A stretch of DNA of 19,218 nucleotides from Sphyrna mokarran (Eukaryota), in the NCBI GenBank assembly GCA_024679065.1. It is one part of the record JAGIQG010000682.1 of this genome. One strand, given 5' to 3'. This document shows positions 1 through 10,621 of the stretch, in pieces. Made by a program: the position numbers and the translations under genes. Within the stretch, counting starts at the first letter, position 1. Each line of letters begins with the position of its first letter. The notes below the pieces were generated by a model. That model was given only the letters and a program-made list of their open reading frames with translations. It was not told the origin of the DNA and did not search any database.

Positions 1-360
1 GTTCCCGCCCATTGTTCCCCTCCCCCTCCCGGGAGCCCCGCCCCCACCCATTGTTCCCCTCCCCCTCCCGGGGGAGCCCCGCCCCCCATTGTTCCCCTCC
101 CCCTCCTCGAGCCAAGGTTTCCAGACAAGCGGCTGGCGGCTCCGCCCAGAGCGAGAAGCCGCTCGGTGATCTCCCCCTCCCCCCGCCGGACCGGGACTGC
201 GCATGTTCAAGAGAGAGGGGAAGCTGCGCATGTGCAGGGCTGCCTGTCCCCTCCCTGACTTTTTTGCTGAGGCCCTGACCAATGGGAAAGGCTGAAAGAC
301 GGGAAGGACACTGCCCCCTCTAGCCAATCAGAGCTCCCCTATTGTCTGAATGCGCCAGTG
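1..360 (+). promoter_or_regulatory. CpG-island promoter of the downstream zinc-finger gene
   Basis: GC/CpG-rich, with GC boxes, NRF1-like TGCGCATG at 198-205 and 225-236, and CCAAT at 279-283 and 324-328. It is followed by a splice donor tct|gtgagt at 473/474. Confidence 0.65.
8..106. repeat. C-rich tandem repeat, ~38-39 bp unit x ~2.5
   Basis: The motif cattgttcccctccccctc starts at 10, 49 and 87. The first two units carry GC boxes (ccccgcccc). Confidence 0.85.
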
Positions 361-632
361 GACAATGAGCTTGTTCAGAGGCTCATTCCCATCCAGCAAG
401 GCTGCTGCTGCTCTCTCTCTGAATGAAGATTAAGCTTCAGACAGACTCAAACTTCTTCCTGTTGTCAATATCTGTGAGTAAAACACTTTCTTTTCTGCAC
501 CTTTCCATTCGTTTTCCCATTCTGGGGGAAATTGGGGACATCCAGCAGCAGAAATGAAAGGAAGTGAATCCAGGGAGGCTGCAGACTCTGGGATTGGCCC
601 AGGTCTCTCTTCCTCTCTCTCTCTCTTAATGA

Positions 633-1135
633 CATTGATATAGAAACATGGAAGTTAGGAGCAGAAGGAGGCCATTTAATCCTTCGAGCCTGCTCCGCCA
701 TTCATTACAATTATGGCTGATCATCTAACCCAATAGCTTAACTGTGCTTTTCCCCCATAACCTTTGATCCCATTCGCCCCAAGTGCTATATCCAGCCGCC
801 TCTTGAATACAGTCAATATTTTGGCATCAACTACTTCCTGTGGTAATAAATTGCACAGTGTCATTACTCTTTGGATGAAAAAATGTCTCCACCCTCTGTC
901 CTAAATGGTCTACCTTGAATGCTCAGATTGTGACCCCAGGTTCTGTACTCCATCGACAACATCCTCCCTGCATCTATCCTGTCTTGACCTCTTAGAATTT
1001 TGTAAGTCTGTATGAGACCCCGCCCCCCTCTTTCATTTGAGCTCAATGTAACCAATCCTAACCTTGTCAGTCTCTCTTCATACACCAACGCTGCAATTCC
1101 CTAAATCAGCCTGGTAAACATCCTTTGCTCCCTCG
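633..1135 (-). mobile_element. CR1-type LINE 3' fragment
   Basis: Minus-strand ORF 864-1088 (YEERLTRLGL...GLIQTYKILRG.DRIDAGRM...RTWGHNL.I.GRPFRTE) matches the CR1 ORF2 C-terminus. A typical CR1 3' tail lies near 633-720. Confidence 0.85.
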
Positions 1136-1375
1136 GCTTGACACATTTATCTGTCTGTCTAAAAGGATGGTCTTTTTCCTAATGTTCACAATTAAAGGGC
1201 TGTTTTCTCTAAGAGATGGCTGACATTTAAGGGGACAGTACATTAATAAAGGACCGAGATATGGCTAGTGTTGTTATATGATATCCAGATTAGATATATT
1301 ATTTGTTTCTGTAATAAAATACATTTATTATTTCTTACATTGTAATATAACACTGTAGCAATGCTATACGTTTCC

Positions 1376-1530
1376 AGTCATAAAGTCACTACAGCACAGA
1401 AAGAATCCACTTGGTAACTCGAGTCCATGCTAATTCTCTGTATAACATTCCAGTCCCCCCATTCCCATTCGATATCCCCATTCTTCTGAAAGTTTATTTC
1501 TTCAAGTGCCCTTCTACTTTCATTTTTAAA
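1376..1530 (-). mobile_element. Degenerate CR1 3'-end fragment
   Basis: The stretch gtcataaagtcactacagcacagaaaga... resembles the reverse complement of CR1 3' tails seen elsewhere in the window. Confidence 0.45.
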
Positions 1531-1544
1531 TAGAATCCATAGAT

Positions 1545-1775
1545 ATGGTTAGAGATTTACAACTTTTTGGGAATGAAATAGGAAAGAATGTTACATGGAA
1601 CTAGAATTGTGCGTTCTGGATTTCTGTCCTATATTGACTGTCTTGACTTTTGCAAACTTATTTCACAGGATATTGATCAAGGAAACGCAGATGAAAACCT
1701 CAACCATCACATCTAGACAGATATATTCTTTAGGATCTGAATATCTTGTAATATGGAACTGTAGTTACGTTATAT
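1545..1775 (+). pseudogene. Truncated duplicate of the ZNF last-intron/acceptor module
   Basis: Paralogous to 2300-2540 and 5210-5440 (agagattt.cag/acttttt.gg...agaattgt...acag|gatat), with acceptor AG at 1667-1668. It is cut off by CR1 sequence at ~1780. Confidence 0.65.
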
Positions 1776-1780
1776 ATTTC

Positions 1781-2190
1781 CAGACATCTCTTCCCTCAGG
1801 GGGTTCTTGGTATTTTGGATTTCTGTTCCACAGGGACCAGTGAAGGCTGAAGATCATTGAATATATTCCAGTTAGACAGATTTTTAACTGAATGTTGTCA
1901 AGGATCAGGGGAACAGACAAGAAGATAGAGCAAAAGCTAAGATGGGGGGGATTTCTTCACTCAAGGGTTTGGGAAAGCTTTGGAATTCTCAACTCCTGAG
2001 GACAGTGAAGCTTCAGTCATCAACTATGTTCAAGAGAGAAATTAGTTTCTAGATATTGAAGATATGAAGGCATATGGTTTAGTGTGGGGGAAAATGATGC
2101 TGAGGTAGATGAACGAATTATCCCATTGAATAGTTTAAAAGATTCAATGGGTTAAATGGCCAACTGCAGTTCCTATTTGTTATGGTCTCT
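1781..2190 (+). mobile_element. Two adjacent degenerate CR1 3' fragments
   Basis: Two copies of the ttcttc.ctca.ggg...tggaattct motif (FF.QRVV..WN.LP region). The second ends in a CR1-like tail, cctatttgttatggtctct. Confidence 0.65.
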
Positions 2191-2203
2191 GTGTGCTGGA
2201 CAG

Positions 2204-2265
2204 GAAGCAGTGAGCATGGATCTATCAATCAGCCTGAATCAGCACCGTCAGGAGAAACTGGGAGG
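2204..2265 (+). other. Probable small 5'-UTR exon of the ZNF gene
   Basis: Acceptor gacag| at 2203 and donor gagg|gtgaat at 2265/2266. The terminal-exon acceptor ttttacag| is at 2430. Confidence 0.4.
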
Positions 2266-2750
2266 GTGAATATTAGATACAGCAGAGTGAGAATGGAAGG
2301 AATGTGTGGGATAGAGATTTCAGCTTTTTGGGACTGAAATAAGAAAGAATGTTCCACAGAGACTATAATTGTCTGTTCTGAATTTCTATACTGTACTGAC
2401 ATTGATAACTTTTGTAAACTCCTTTTACAGGATATTGAAAGAGGAATCACAGGCTGAAATCTCAATGTCAGGTCTAGATCAGACAGAGTCATATTCCTTG
2501 GGACCTGAATACCCTTGGACTTTGAATCTGGAAGGAGAAATGGTTGTCTGGTCTGTCGATTTGAAAAGATTTCAAATGTCAACGTGACTGGAAAAGCATC
2601 ATACACTGCTACACGAGTGAGAACGTTCCAGTATACTGACTGAATAAATATCACACCATTCACAGTGGGGAGAGAATGTACGTGTATTGAGTGCGTGGAT
2701 GAGGCTTCAACAGATTGTCCACCCAAGAGAGAGGCAAGGACACCTGCCCC

Positions 2751-3632
2751 ATGGAGAAATCATGGACATGTGCGGACTGTGGAAAGAGATATAAAGCCCC
2801 CTCTCTGCTGGATGCTCATTGGCGCAGCCACACTGGGGAGAGACCATTCACCTGCTCTCAGTGTGGGAAGGGATTCACACAGTTATCCAGCCTGCAGTCA
2901 CACCAGCGAGTTCACACCGGGGAAAGGCCATTTATCTGTTCTCAGTGTGGGAAGAGGTTCGCTCAATCTTCCAACCTGCAGGCCCATGAGCGCATTCACA
3001 CTGGGGAGAGCCCGTTCACCTGCTCTCAGTGTGGAAAGGGATTTGCTTGTCCGTCCAATCTGCGGGCACACGCACGTGTTCACACCGGGGAGAGGCCGTT
3101 CACCTGCTCTCAATGCGGGAAGGGATTCAATCAGTCATCCAATCTGCAGGCGCACCAGCGAGTTCACACTGGGGAGAAGCCATTCACCTGCTCTCAATGC
3201 GGGAAGGGATTCTATCAGTCATCCCATCTGCAGATACACCAGCGAACTCACACGGGGAAGAGGCCATTCACCTGCTCTCAGTGTGGGAAGGGATTCATTC
3301 AGTCATCTGAACTGCGGAGACACCAGCGAATTCACACTGGGGAGAGACCATTCACCTGTTCTGTGTGCGGGAAGGGATTCACTCAGTCATTCCATTTGAA
3401 GACACACCAGCGAGTTCACACTGGGGAGAGGCCATTCATCTGCTCTCAATGCGGAAAGGGATTCACTCAGTCATTCCATCTGCAGGCGCATCAGCGAGTT
3501 CACACGGGGGAGAGGCCGTTCACCTGCTCTCAGCGTGGGAAGGGATTCAGTCAGTCATCCAAACTGCGGACACACCAGCGAATTCACACTGGGGAAAGAC
3601 CGCTCGCCTGCTCTGTGAGAGAAGAGATATAG
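2751..3632 (+). CDS. C2H2 (Kruppel-type) tandem zinc-finger protein: 9 intact fingers, a 10th with Cys->Arg and an 11th frameshifted
   Basis: ATG at 2751 ([12 protein letters not shown]...) followed by repeated CxxCGKGFxQSSxLxxHQRxH units with TGERPF linkers. Finger 10 reads CSQR. After CSV, the rest of finger 11 ([18 protein letters not shown], stop 3673-3675) is in another frame. No KRAB, SCAN or BTB domain is visible. Confidence 0.88.
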   Translation: MEKSWTCADCGKRYKAPSLLDAHWRSHTGERPFTCSQCGKGFTQLSSLQSHQRVHTGERPFICSQCGKRFAQSSNLQAHERIHTGESPFTCSQCGKGFACPSNLRAHARVHTGERPFTCSQCGKGFNQSSNLQAHQRVHTGEKPFTCSQCGKGFYQSSHLQIHQRTHTGKRPFTCSQCGKGFIQSSELRRHQRIHTGERPFTCSVCGKGFTQSFHLKTHQRVHTGERPFICSQCGKGFTQSFHLQAHQRVHTGERPFTCSQRGKGFSQSSKLRTHQRIHTGERPLACSVREEI

Positions 3633-3864
3633 TCTTTCATCCCATCTGCTGAGACACCATCAAGTTCATGAGTGATTCCAGTATGCTGTTATTGTTTCTG
3701 CTCTCAATTACATCCAGACTGCATTTTGTTCATTCTCTCAATGGGGAGAGTCGGAGGGTTTCTTTCTGCTGGGCTGGCTAGTCTCAGACTCCAGTGGGCT
3801 GATGCTCTTCGAGTCTTGTTGCGAAGACATGGTTTCAAATTTCACAAGGATCACTTCATAAGAG

Positions 3865-3995
3865 CTCTTATAAAGGGTCATCCAGCCTAGAAACATTGGC
3901 TCTATTCTCGCTCCACAGATGCTGTCAGACCTGCTGAAATCTTGCAGCATTTTCTGTTTTTCAGATTCTGGCATCTGCAATATTTTGCTTTTATG
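3865..3995 (+). mobile_element. Short Penelope-associated terminal-repeat-like element (degenerate)
   Basis: aagggtca...gaaacattggctctattctcgctccacagatgctgtcagacctgctga...gcattttctgttt. A related copy lies at ~5035-5155. Confidence 0.55.
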
Positions 3996-4109
3996 CTAGA
4001 ATGATTTGGTCTGACTGGAATCCCTACGACCCTTCGCCAGAACAGAGGGAGCAAAGGGAGAAAAAGGATAAGGATGATAATGTCTGGGTTCTGATTCTCT
4101 GAGCCCAAG

Positions 4110-4763
4110 TGTGATTAACAAAATGAGTGAATCAGTTTATGAAGAATAGAAGTTACCCATCCCTAATAAAAACTGATCACGTTAAATAGGTTCAGGAATA
4201 TAACAAAAAAATTAACAGACAAAGTTTAAAATCATTTGTTTTGTTTTAAATGTGTGTAAATTGATGTAATTGTGTGCCAAGTTTTTGCTGTTCACTCCCC
4301 GCCCCTTAATATCAGTCAAAGTTAACCCTTTCAACAGACAGTTCATTTGTTTTTAAATCGCCCATAAACCTGTGTATATTTTAGTTCATAATTGAATATT
4401 TATGGGAATTGGCTAAGATGGACTTCTGACATTTTAAAGTATAAAAAGTGATCTTGAGAAGGCAGTTTGGTAGAGAGAGGGAGAGGGAGATATGTTTACA
4501 GAGAAGTGTTGGTTTTACAAGTTGTCCACATTTTTGGAGCGGTCACTTCATGTCCTGGTCTGAGAGGGATGGAGAGAAGTCTGTTCAATTGTTAATGTTA
4601 AACTTTCTCTCTAACTGTAAATCTGCACTTTTTTTAATCTTTCTGACTTTTTACATTTTTAATGATTAATAAACTTCCCAAATTCACCATTTAACGTATT
4701 CTTTTTTGCCATATGAGACACTGGAACCTGGGGTGATTTACAATGAAGGAGGTAATTGTAACA
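4110..4763 (+). mobile_element. Possible solo LTR
   Basis: Starts TGTG (4110) and ends TGTAACA (4757-4763), with an internal TATA-like gtataaaaag (4440-4449) followed by AATAAA (4668-4673). No convincing target-site duplication. Confidence 0.3.
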
Positions 4764-4819
4764 AGAGAACATCCATAAATCTTAGTTCAAATAAATCATA
4801 GTTCTGACAAATGGACTGC

Positions 4820-4980
4820 AATCCTTTATTACGAGAGAAATTGAACAAAGAAGATGTTATACTTCAGTTATGTAGGGCTTTGCTGAGACTACATCTTGAA
4901 TACTGGGTGCAGTTTAGTCTCCTAGTTAAGAAATGACACAAATGCATTGAAACTGGATCTGAGAAGGTTTAATAGATTGC
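4820..4980 (+). mobile_element. CR1 ORF2 internal fragment
   Basis: Degenerate '...LQLCRALLRLHLEYWVQF' matches the CR1 LYxALVRPHLEYCVQFW motif. Confidence 0.7.
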
Positions 4981-5034
4981 TTCCCGATTCTTGACCCTCA
5001 GGATAAATTTTGTCTGATTTTCCTCGTCTTCACC

Positions 5035-5155
5035 TCTGACAAAGTGTAATCCTGACTCAAAATATTGTCCCTATTCTCCCTTTACAGATGCTGTCAGACT
5101 TGCTGAGATTGTCTGTTTTTGTTTGATTCCAACAACAGTAGAATTTGCCTTTATA
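5035..5155 (+). mobile_element. Second degenerate copy of the 3865-3995 element
   Basis: Shares ctattctc...acagatgctgtcagac.tgctga.at with the first copy. Confidence 0.5.
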
Positions 5156-5667
5156 CCAATTCTTGTTGGATAAGGAAATCACAAGTATCAGGTGTAGAAC
5201 AAGAATGTGGAGAGTGTGGGGGATGGAGATTTACAGCTTTTGGGAAATAACGTTCTGTAGAAATTAGAATTGTTTGTTCTGTATTTCCATCCTGTGCTGA
5301 TACTGATGACTTTTTCATCAACTCCTTCCACAGGATATCAGAAGGTGAGGTTTCACAGACAGAAATCTTGAATGAACATCATGTCAAAATCTGACCTGAA
5401 TACCATCGGCCTTTCAGTGTAAAAGAAGAAATTGTTTTCTGTTCTGTCTGCTGCAGACGTTTTTCTTTGCATAAATTTAACTGGAAAAGCACTGAAACAC
5501 GTGTATACCCGACTGAAAGTGTTCCAGTCCACGATTGTGGAAAAATCTTTAATCAGTTACGCAGCCTGAAAATACATGGCAGCATTCACAGTGGAGGGAG
5601 ACCGTACCCGTGTTCTGTGTGAGATTTAACTGATGTTTAACCTGGAGAGTCACAAGGAACCCAAACT

Positions 5668-6099
<432 letters not shown>

Positions 6100-6275
6100 T
6101 GGATGCTGCTGTTATCATTTCCGCTCGATACATCCAGCACTGCATTTTTTTCATTCTCAATGTTGGTCAATGGGGAGGGTCAGAGAGTTTCTTTCTGCTG
6201 GACTGGCCGGTCTCACGACTTTGCTTCCAGTGAGTTGATGCTCTTTGAGTCTTGTTGTAAATATCTGGTTTCAAA

Positions 6276-6457
6276 CTGGTCTGACGTGGTCTGACTTTTG
6301 AATGGACTTATCTTGCATTAAATTGACTTTTTCCACACCCTAGCTATGACTGTAATGCTACATTCTACACTCTTGTTTCCTTGTCTATGAACGGTATACT
6401 TTGTGTAGCATGCAAGAAATAATACTTTTCACTGTCATGAATAATAAATCAAAAAAA
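6276..6457 (+). mobile_element. Non-LTR retroelement 3' tail inserted in the 3' flank of the ZNF pseudogene
   Basis: Interrupts the paralogous ggtttcaaa|tcacaagg junction, which is uninterrupted at 3831-3849. Ends cttttcactgt...aataataaatcaaaaaaa. Confidence 0.65.
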
Positions 6458-6519
6458 GTCACAAGGGTCACAGAGTGACAGGGTGTTAGGAAGTTCAGTA
6501 ATATTTAGTAGGCATTTCT

Positions 6520-6825
6520 GTTTGGAAATCCCTCAAACGTTCATCCAATTTGCTTTGAAATTATTTATTGTCTCCACTTCCTCCACTCTCGTAGGCAGCG
6601 AGTTCCAGGTCATTACCTTTCACTGCATCAAAATATTCTTCCTCACATTCCCCGCCTCCGCATCTCTGACCCAAAACGTCAAATCTACATCTCCCTTGTC
6701 CTTGTCCCATCAGCGAATGGGAACAACTTTTCTTTGTCCACCTTATTTAAACTGTCAAAATCTTGTCCACCTCTATCAAGTCTCCCCTCAACTTCCTATG
6801 CTCCAAGGGGAACAACCCTAGCCTG
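6520..6825 (-). mobile_element. CR1 ORF2 3' fragment
   Basis: The reverse complement encodes degenerate RLGLFxLE.R.LRGDLIEVxKI...FxxxVVMTWNSLPxxVVE. Confidence 0.75.
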
Positions 6826-7289
6826 ACATTGACAATAAGGAACAAACTAAAAGAATGTTAATACCCGACATCAAATGGAAATGTTTTAAAGATATTGTGA
6901 ATATATTGTTCCATCTAATAAAGGGATTTGAATAACTCAGCTTGGACGCAGTTGAATGAAATTATCAATCTAATATCCACCTACAGTTTAGAGGAACTCT
7001 AGAATGTGTAGCTGGATATATCTCCAGCACTGGGTGTACTGACACCTCAGGCATTGTAGCAGTTCAGGAAGGCAGTGTTGGGGGTTGACCAAGGCCGAGG
7101 CAGCTACATACAGCCAAATATTCTGTTATAATTGAAGGACTGCAGATTGAATGTGAAGCATTATGGGACTGGACTGTCTTGACCACATTCCTGTGACTGC
7201 TCAGTTTCTGCACTCACGGACCATTAAAGCTGTTTAGCAGGACCCCGGAGGACTCCAAGGTCACCAAATAGCAGAGATAACACCCTCTA

Positions 7290-7735
7290 TCTAACCCGAA
7301 TCCGTTCCCTGAAGCTTGTAAACTTTAATCAAATCAGCAGTTACCTTCTTCATTCCGGCAAATACAATCCCAATTTCTGCAATCTCTTTGTTGCCCGTGA
7401 GAAGCAGAAGCAGAGGCCATTCAGCCCTTCCAGCCTGCAGCCCCCTTGAATTAGATGGTGGCCCGCCTGAATACTTGCTACCGCTACTTTCCTGCCTTCT
7501 CGCCATAACCTTGAATTCCCCTGACCAATTAAACAAAAAACAGAAAGCATTGATCACGGCCTTGGATTTGGTGCCGACTGGGGGAATGAATCCCAAAGGT
7601 TGGCCAGTCTCAAAGAGAAGAAATTCTTCCTCATGTCTGTCTAAAATGAGCACTCCCTCATTCTGAGCCTGTGCCCTTTGGTCCGACCAACACTCTCCCA
7701 TGAGTGGAAAGACACTCCTGACATTTTCCCTCGAG
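7290..7735 (-). mobile_element. CR1 3' fragments
   Basis: The minus-strand ORF contains KKVTADLIKVYKL and a CR1 3'-UTR-like stretch (GLQAGRAEWPLLLL frame). agaggccattcagccc is the tail signature. Confidence 0.7.
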
Positions 7736-7824
7736 CAGAGAAGGCTGAGGGTGGGACATGATTGTTGGGGGTGGAGGAGTGGGGGAGAAAATGTAGTATT
7801 TAAATCTCTCGCATGAAATTCTCT

Positions 7825-7908
7825 CAGCCAGTATGGTGCTTCACACTGCTGTCTCACAGCGCCAGCGACCCGGGTTCAATTCCAGCCTCACATCACAGTC
7901 TGTGTGGT
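7825..7908 (+). mobile_element. tRNA-derived SINE head (HE1/V-SINE-like), 5' fragment
   Basis: cactgctgtctcacagcgccagcgacccgggttcaattcc, with a Pol III B box at 7873-7883. Confidence 0.7.
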
Positions 7909-7909
7909 G

Positions 7910-8360
7910 ACAGAGCTGGAGGACCGAGCGCCAGCGACTGGTCCTCCAACCGATCGGAGTGAACGAGGGGCGGGGCCCTCATGACGCATGCGTCGTACCG
8001 CACAGCCTTCTGATAAAGATGGCGGCGGGGAATCTGGGCCTGTATCGGGGAAAAGCCCGAGCTGATTTCCCCGGTTCACAACCCGCATCCGAAATTTGTA
8101 TTCGGGGCTCGTCACCGACACGGCGTTTTATTGAAGCCTCCCCCCTCATCCGCCGGTTTCTGACGCGATGAGAATTTTCACCGCCTCAATGCCGAACTCC
8201 CAGCGGCACTGCGCATGCTCCAAAACACAATGTCCGGGCAGTGATTGACAGCAGCTCTGGACCAGTAGGAAGAGGGGGCGGGACTGGAGGACTGAGAGGA
8301 GCGGCTGGTCCTCCAACCAATCGGAGTGAATGAGGGGCGGGGCTGATCCCGGGTCTCCCT
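7910..8360. promoter_or_regulatory. CpG-island-like promoter module with a 60-bp direct repeat
   Basis: Direct repeat 7916-7976 / 8284-8343 (ctggaggac...ggtcctccaacc.atcggagtgaa.gaggggcggggc). Also CCAAT at 8317-8321, YY1-like aagatggcggc at 8016-8026, and NRF1-like motifs at 7983-7994 and 8210-8218. Confidence 0.55.
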
Positions 8361-8367
8361 CGTTGGC

Positions 8368-8525
8368 TGTACCCATTAAGCTGCCTGTTCAATGTCGCTA
8401 ATGTGCCTCCTTCCACCACCTCCTCTGGCAGCTTGTTCCAGGCATCCACCATTCTCTGCATGAAAAATTTCCCCTGCACATCTCCCTCAAACTACCCTCC
8501 CCCCTCACCTTGAACTTGTAACGCC
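8368..8525 (-). mobile_element. CR1 ORF2 3' fragment
   Basis: QGKFFMQRMVDAWNKLPEEVVEGGTLATLNRQLN matches the CR1 C-terminal motif FFTQRVVxxWNxLPxxVVEA. Confidence 0.85.
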
Positions 8526-9189
8526 TTGACATTATAGCAAAGATTTATTTTGCAATCTGTGTTATCCTTAAAGTCTGTGTACAGTCATGAAGTCATGGGC
8601 TGTCATAGTAAATTGTGTCATAGAAAATATTTTCATGATTGATAAATGTTTTTATCTTCTATTATTAAAATCTAATTGGCCATCCAGTTATTTAATTCCC
8701 CCCATTGTTCTAAAACAGAAGAATACACTACATTATTTCCAGTCAAATTTTCATCTGGGAGCTTCCTATCCAATAGTAACATCAACTGGGATTGTAACAC
8801 TATCAGATATTAATAGCCCCTTGCTCCAGACACACCCAAAAATAAATAATTTGGTCACATACATCTCATTAACCTGTTCGTTACATGAACCATTTCCAAG
8901 AATCCTCTTCACTGTTCTCTAATCTCCAGATGTAAAGAGACCCCAGAAATTGTTGCGGATTGATTTCTTGAGAAATGCAGAAATCGAAGCAAAATTTCCA
9001 ACTAATAGAAGGAAGAGCGGCCGTTTCACATTTCAAAGCTACGCCATCAGTCAGTAACGTTGCAGTTTATCTTCTGCCTCAACAAGAAATTCCTGCGTTG
9101 ACCCATTCCCCCGGACTATTTTAGTGAACAGATATATAACAAACGCTGCCTTGAATGTGTTTAACACTGACTAACCACTGCTCTTTGCT

Positions 9190-9510
9190 GTACAGAATTT
9201 TCAGATTCACCACAATGGCTTTGACTGAAGAAATTTCTCCTCTTCTTAATCCAAATGGCTGAACTGTTATTCTGAAAATGTGACCTCAAGTTATAGACTC
9301 CCCCGCCTAAGAAAAAAAAACAACCACCTAAAATATGCTTTGTCTAGTCCTTTGAGAATATGATAAATTCTAATGAGATCACTCCTAATTCCTCCAACCT
9401 CAAATTAAAATCTGGGTCTTCAATCTCTTCACAAAAGAAAATGTAAATTCCCTCCAAAGTATGTTGACTTTTCTATAACAAAGGAGACCAAATTTTACAC
9501 AGTATTCCCG
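9190..9510 (-). mobile_element. Highly degenerate CR1 fragment
   Basis: agattcaccac...gaagaaattt...ctcaagttatagactcccc...ggagaccaaattttacacagtattcc resembles reverse-complement CR1 ORF2 (EYCVQFWSP region). Confidence 0.55.
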
Positions 9511-9974
9511 ACAGGAGTCCATTTCACTCCGAACTTCCACAAGTCTCATTATCAATTCGTGATAATTATATTTTTAGCATTCTCCAGAGATAATCCGAAC
9601 TATCTCTCCCTGTCGATTAATTGCGTATTGCTTGTTCAAAAAAATCTCATCACAATTCTTTGCTATTCTCCTGTTCTCCCTCAACGATTTCCACATCATC
9701 CCCCTCTCTCAGCCCTAACTTCACATTGAGCTACACTCCATCTTGTAGTGTGGCACCGTCATCAGACCGAACAGAATAGATTTCCAGCAGATTTAGCAAC
9801 TGATTGCTTGGCATCTAAGGCACAATGGGCCATGGACAGCAGAATTATACTCAGACACAATCTGTAACCTCATGAGCCAGCATGTCCCCTGCATTGACAT
9901 TAGCGAACAAGAGAGTAATACTTGTTCAATGAAAGACTTCAGGAGGCAATCCCAGCAGTATCTCTATAAGTGAG

Positions 9975-10215
9975 TTGTCAGTCTGCTGAAGATAAAGTTT
10001 AAGCAGTGCCAACATTCTTCCTGCACAGATATCCTTTGGATGATCCATCTGGAATTCCTCCAGAGATCCCCAACATCAGTGATGTCAGTTTAATTAACTC
10101 TACAAAACTGAGCACCGGCTGAAGGTACTAGAACATAGTACTGGATTCTGCAAAAAGCTATTGGCCCTAAAATATCCTGGCAAAATTACTGAAGATCTAT
10201 GCTCCAGGACTAACC
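9975..10215 (+). mobile_element. Degenerate non-LTR retrotransposon fragment (CR1/L2-group, pre-RT region)
   Basis: Remnant of the DDPS..PPE.P.I.D...RLK.LD..KA.GPDxIP...LK..AP.L pattern found upstream of RT domains. Confidence 0.55.
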
Positions 10216-10337
10216 ATTAACGGTAGTAATTTGAACTAAGAAAACTAAAGTGATTTGTTAAACGGAGGCTATTTAAAGAAATATCGGGTCGAACGTCAGT
10301 AAGTTCAGTCACTGATTTCTCTATTAAAACATTCCTT

Positions 10338-10621
10338 CCGACAGCAGTAAGTTCATTATTCCTGAGGTCCGTTGTGTCATTTTCCTTTTTTTGTCTCCTG
10401 GTTCAGGTATTGAATGAGTCGCTGCGGTTAAATAAACCGGCCGCAGTGACACTGATCTCAGTCAGCCGGTATTTCATTGACATTCCAGGGCTACGACTGC
10501 AATCTACTGCCCAGGAGAGAGAGCTTTGTGACCCCGTTGTCGGACTGGAAGCGACAGCCAGATCTCCCTCTGTCACAGTTAACTTCCAGAGTGGATTCCG
10601 GAGTGTTGAGTGTGTTAAAAG
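10338..10621 (-). pseudogene. Putative decayed leaderless TCR V relic (candidate NAR-TCR 'supporting Vdelta')
   Basis: Acceptor ttctgacag| at 10622. Across shifted frames it reads TLRNPLWKLTVTEGD / GCRFQSD (Cys 10554-10556) / SSLSW (Trp 10511-10513) ..SPGMSMKYRL ... TDLRNN / TYCC (10341-10352). The span is about one V domain, with frameshifts and a stop. No heptamer follows. Confidence 0.45.

Noticed and set aside
2770-3620. Regular 84-bp repeats resembling a CRISPR or satellite array
   Set aside because: They are the coding periodicity of 28-aa C2H2 fingers. The sequence is eukaryotic, with no unique spacers or cas genes.
2665-3652. Long alternative-frame ORFs (2665-3399, 3029-3310, 3365-3652, 2898-3113; likewise 5828-6067)
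   Set aside because: These are shadow frames of the 84-bp zinc-finger repeat, not independent genes.
7825-7890. tRNA-like sequence with a B box
   Set aside because: There is no complete cloverleaf and it continues into SINE core sequence, so it is a SINE head.
8587-8922. 111-aa + strand ORF
   Set aside because: AT-rich, with no recognisable domain or supporting splice context; likely a chance ORF.
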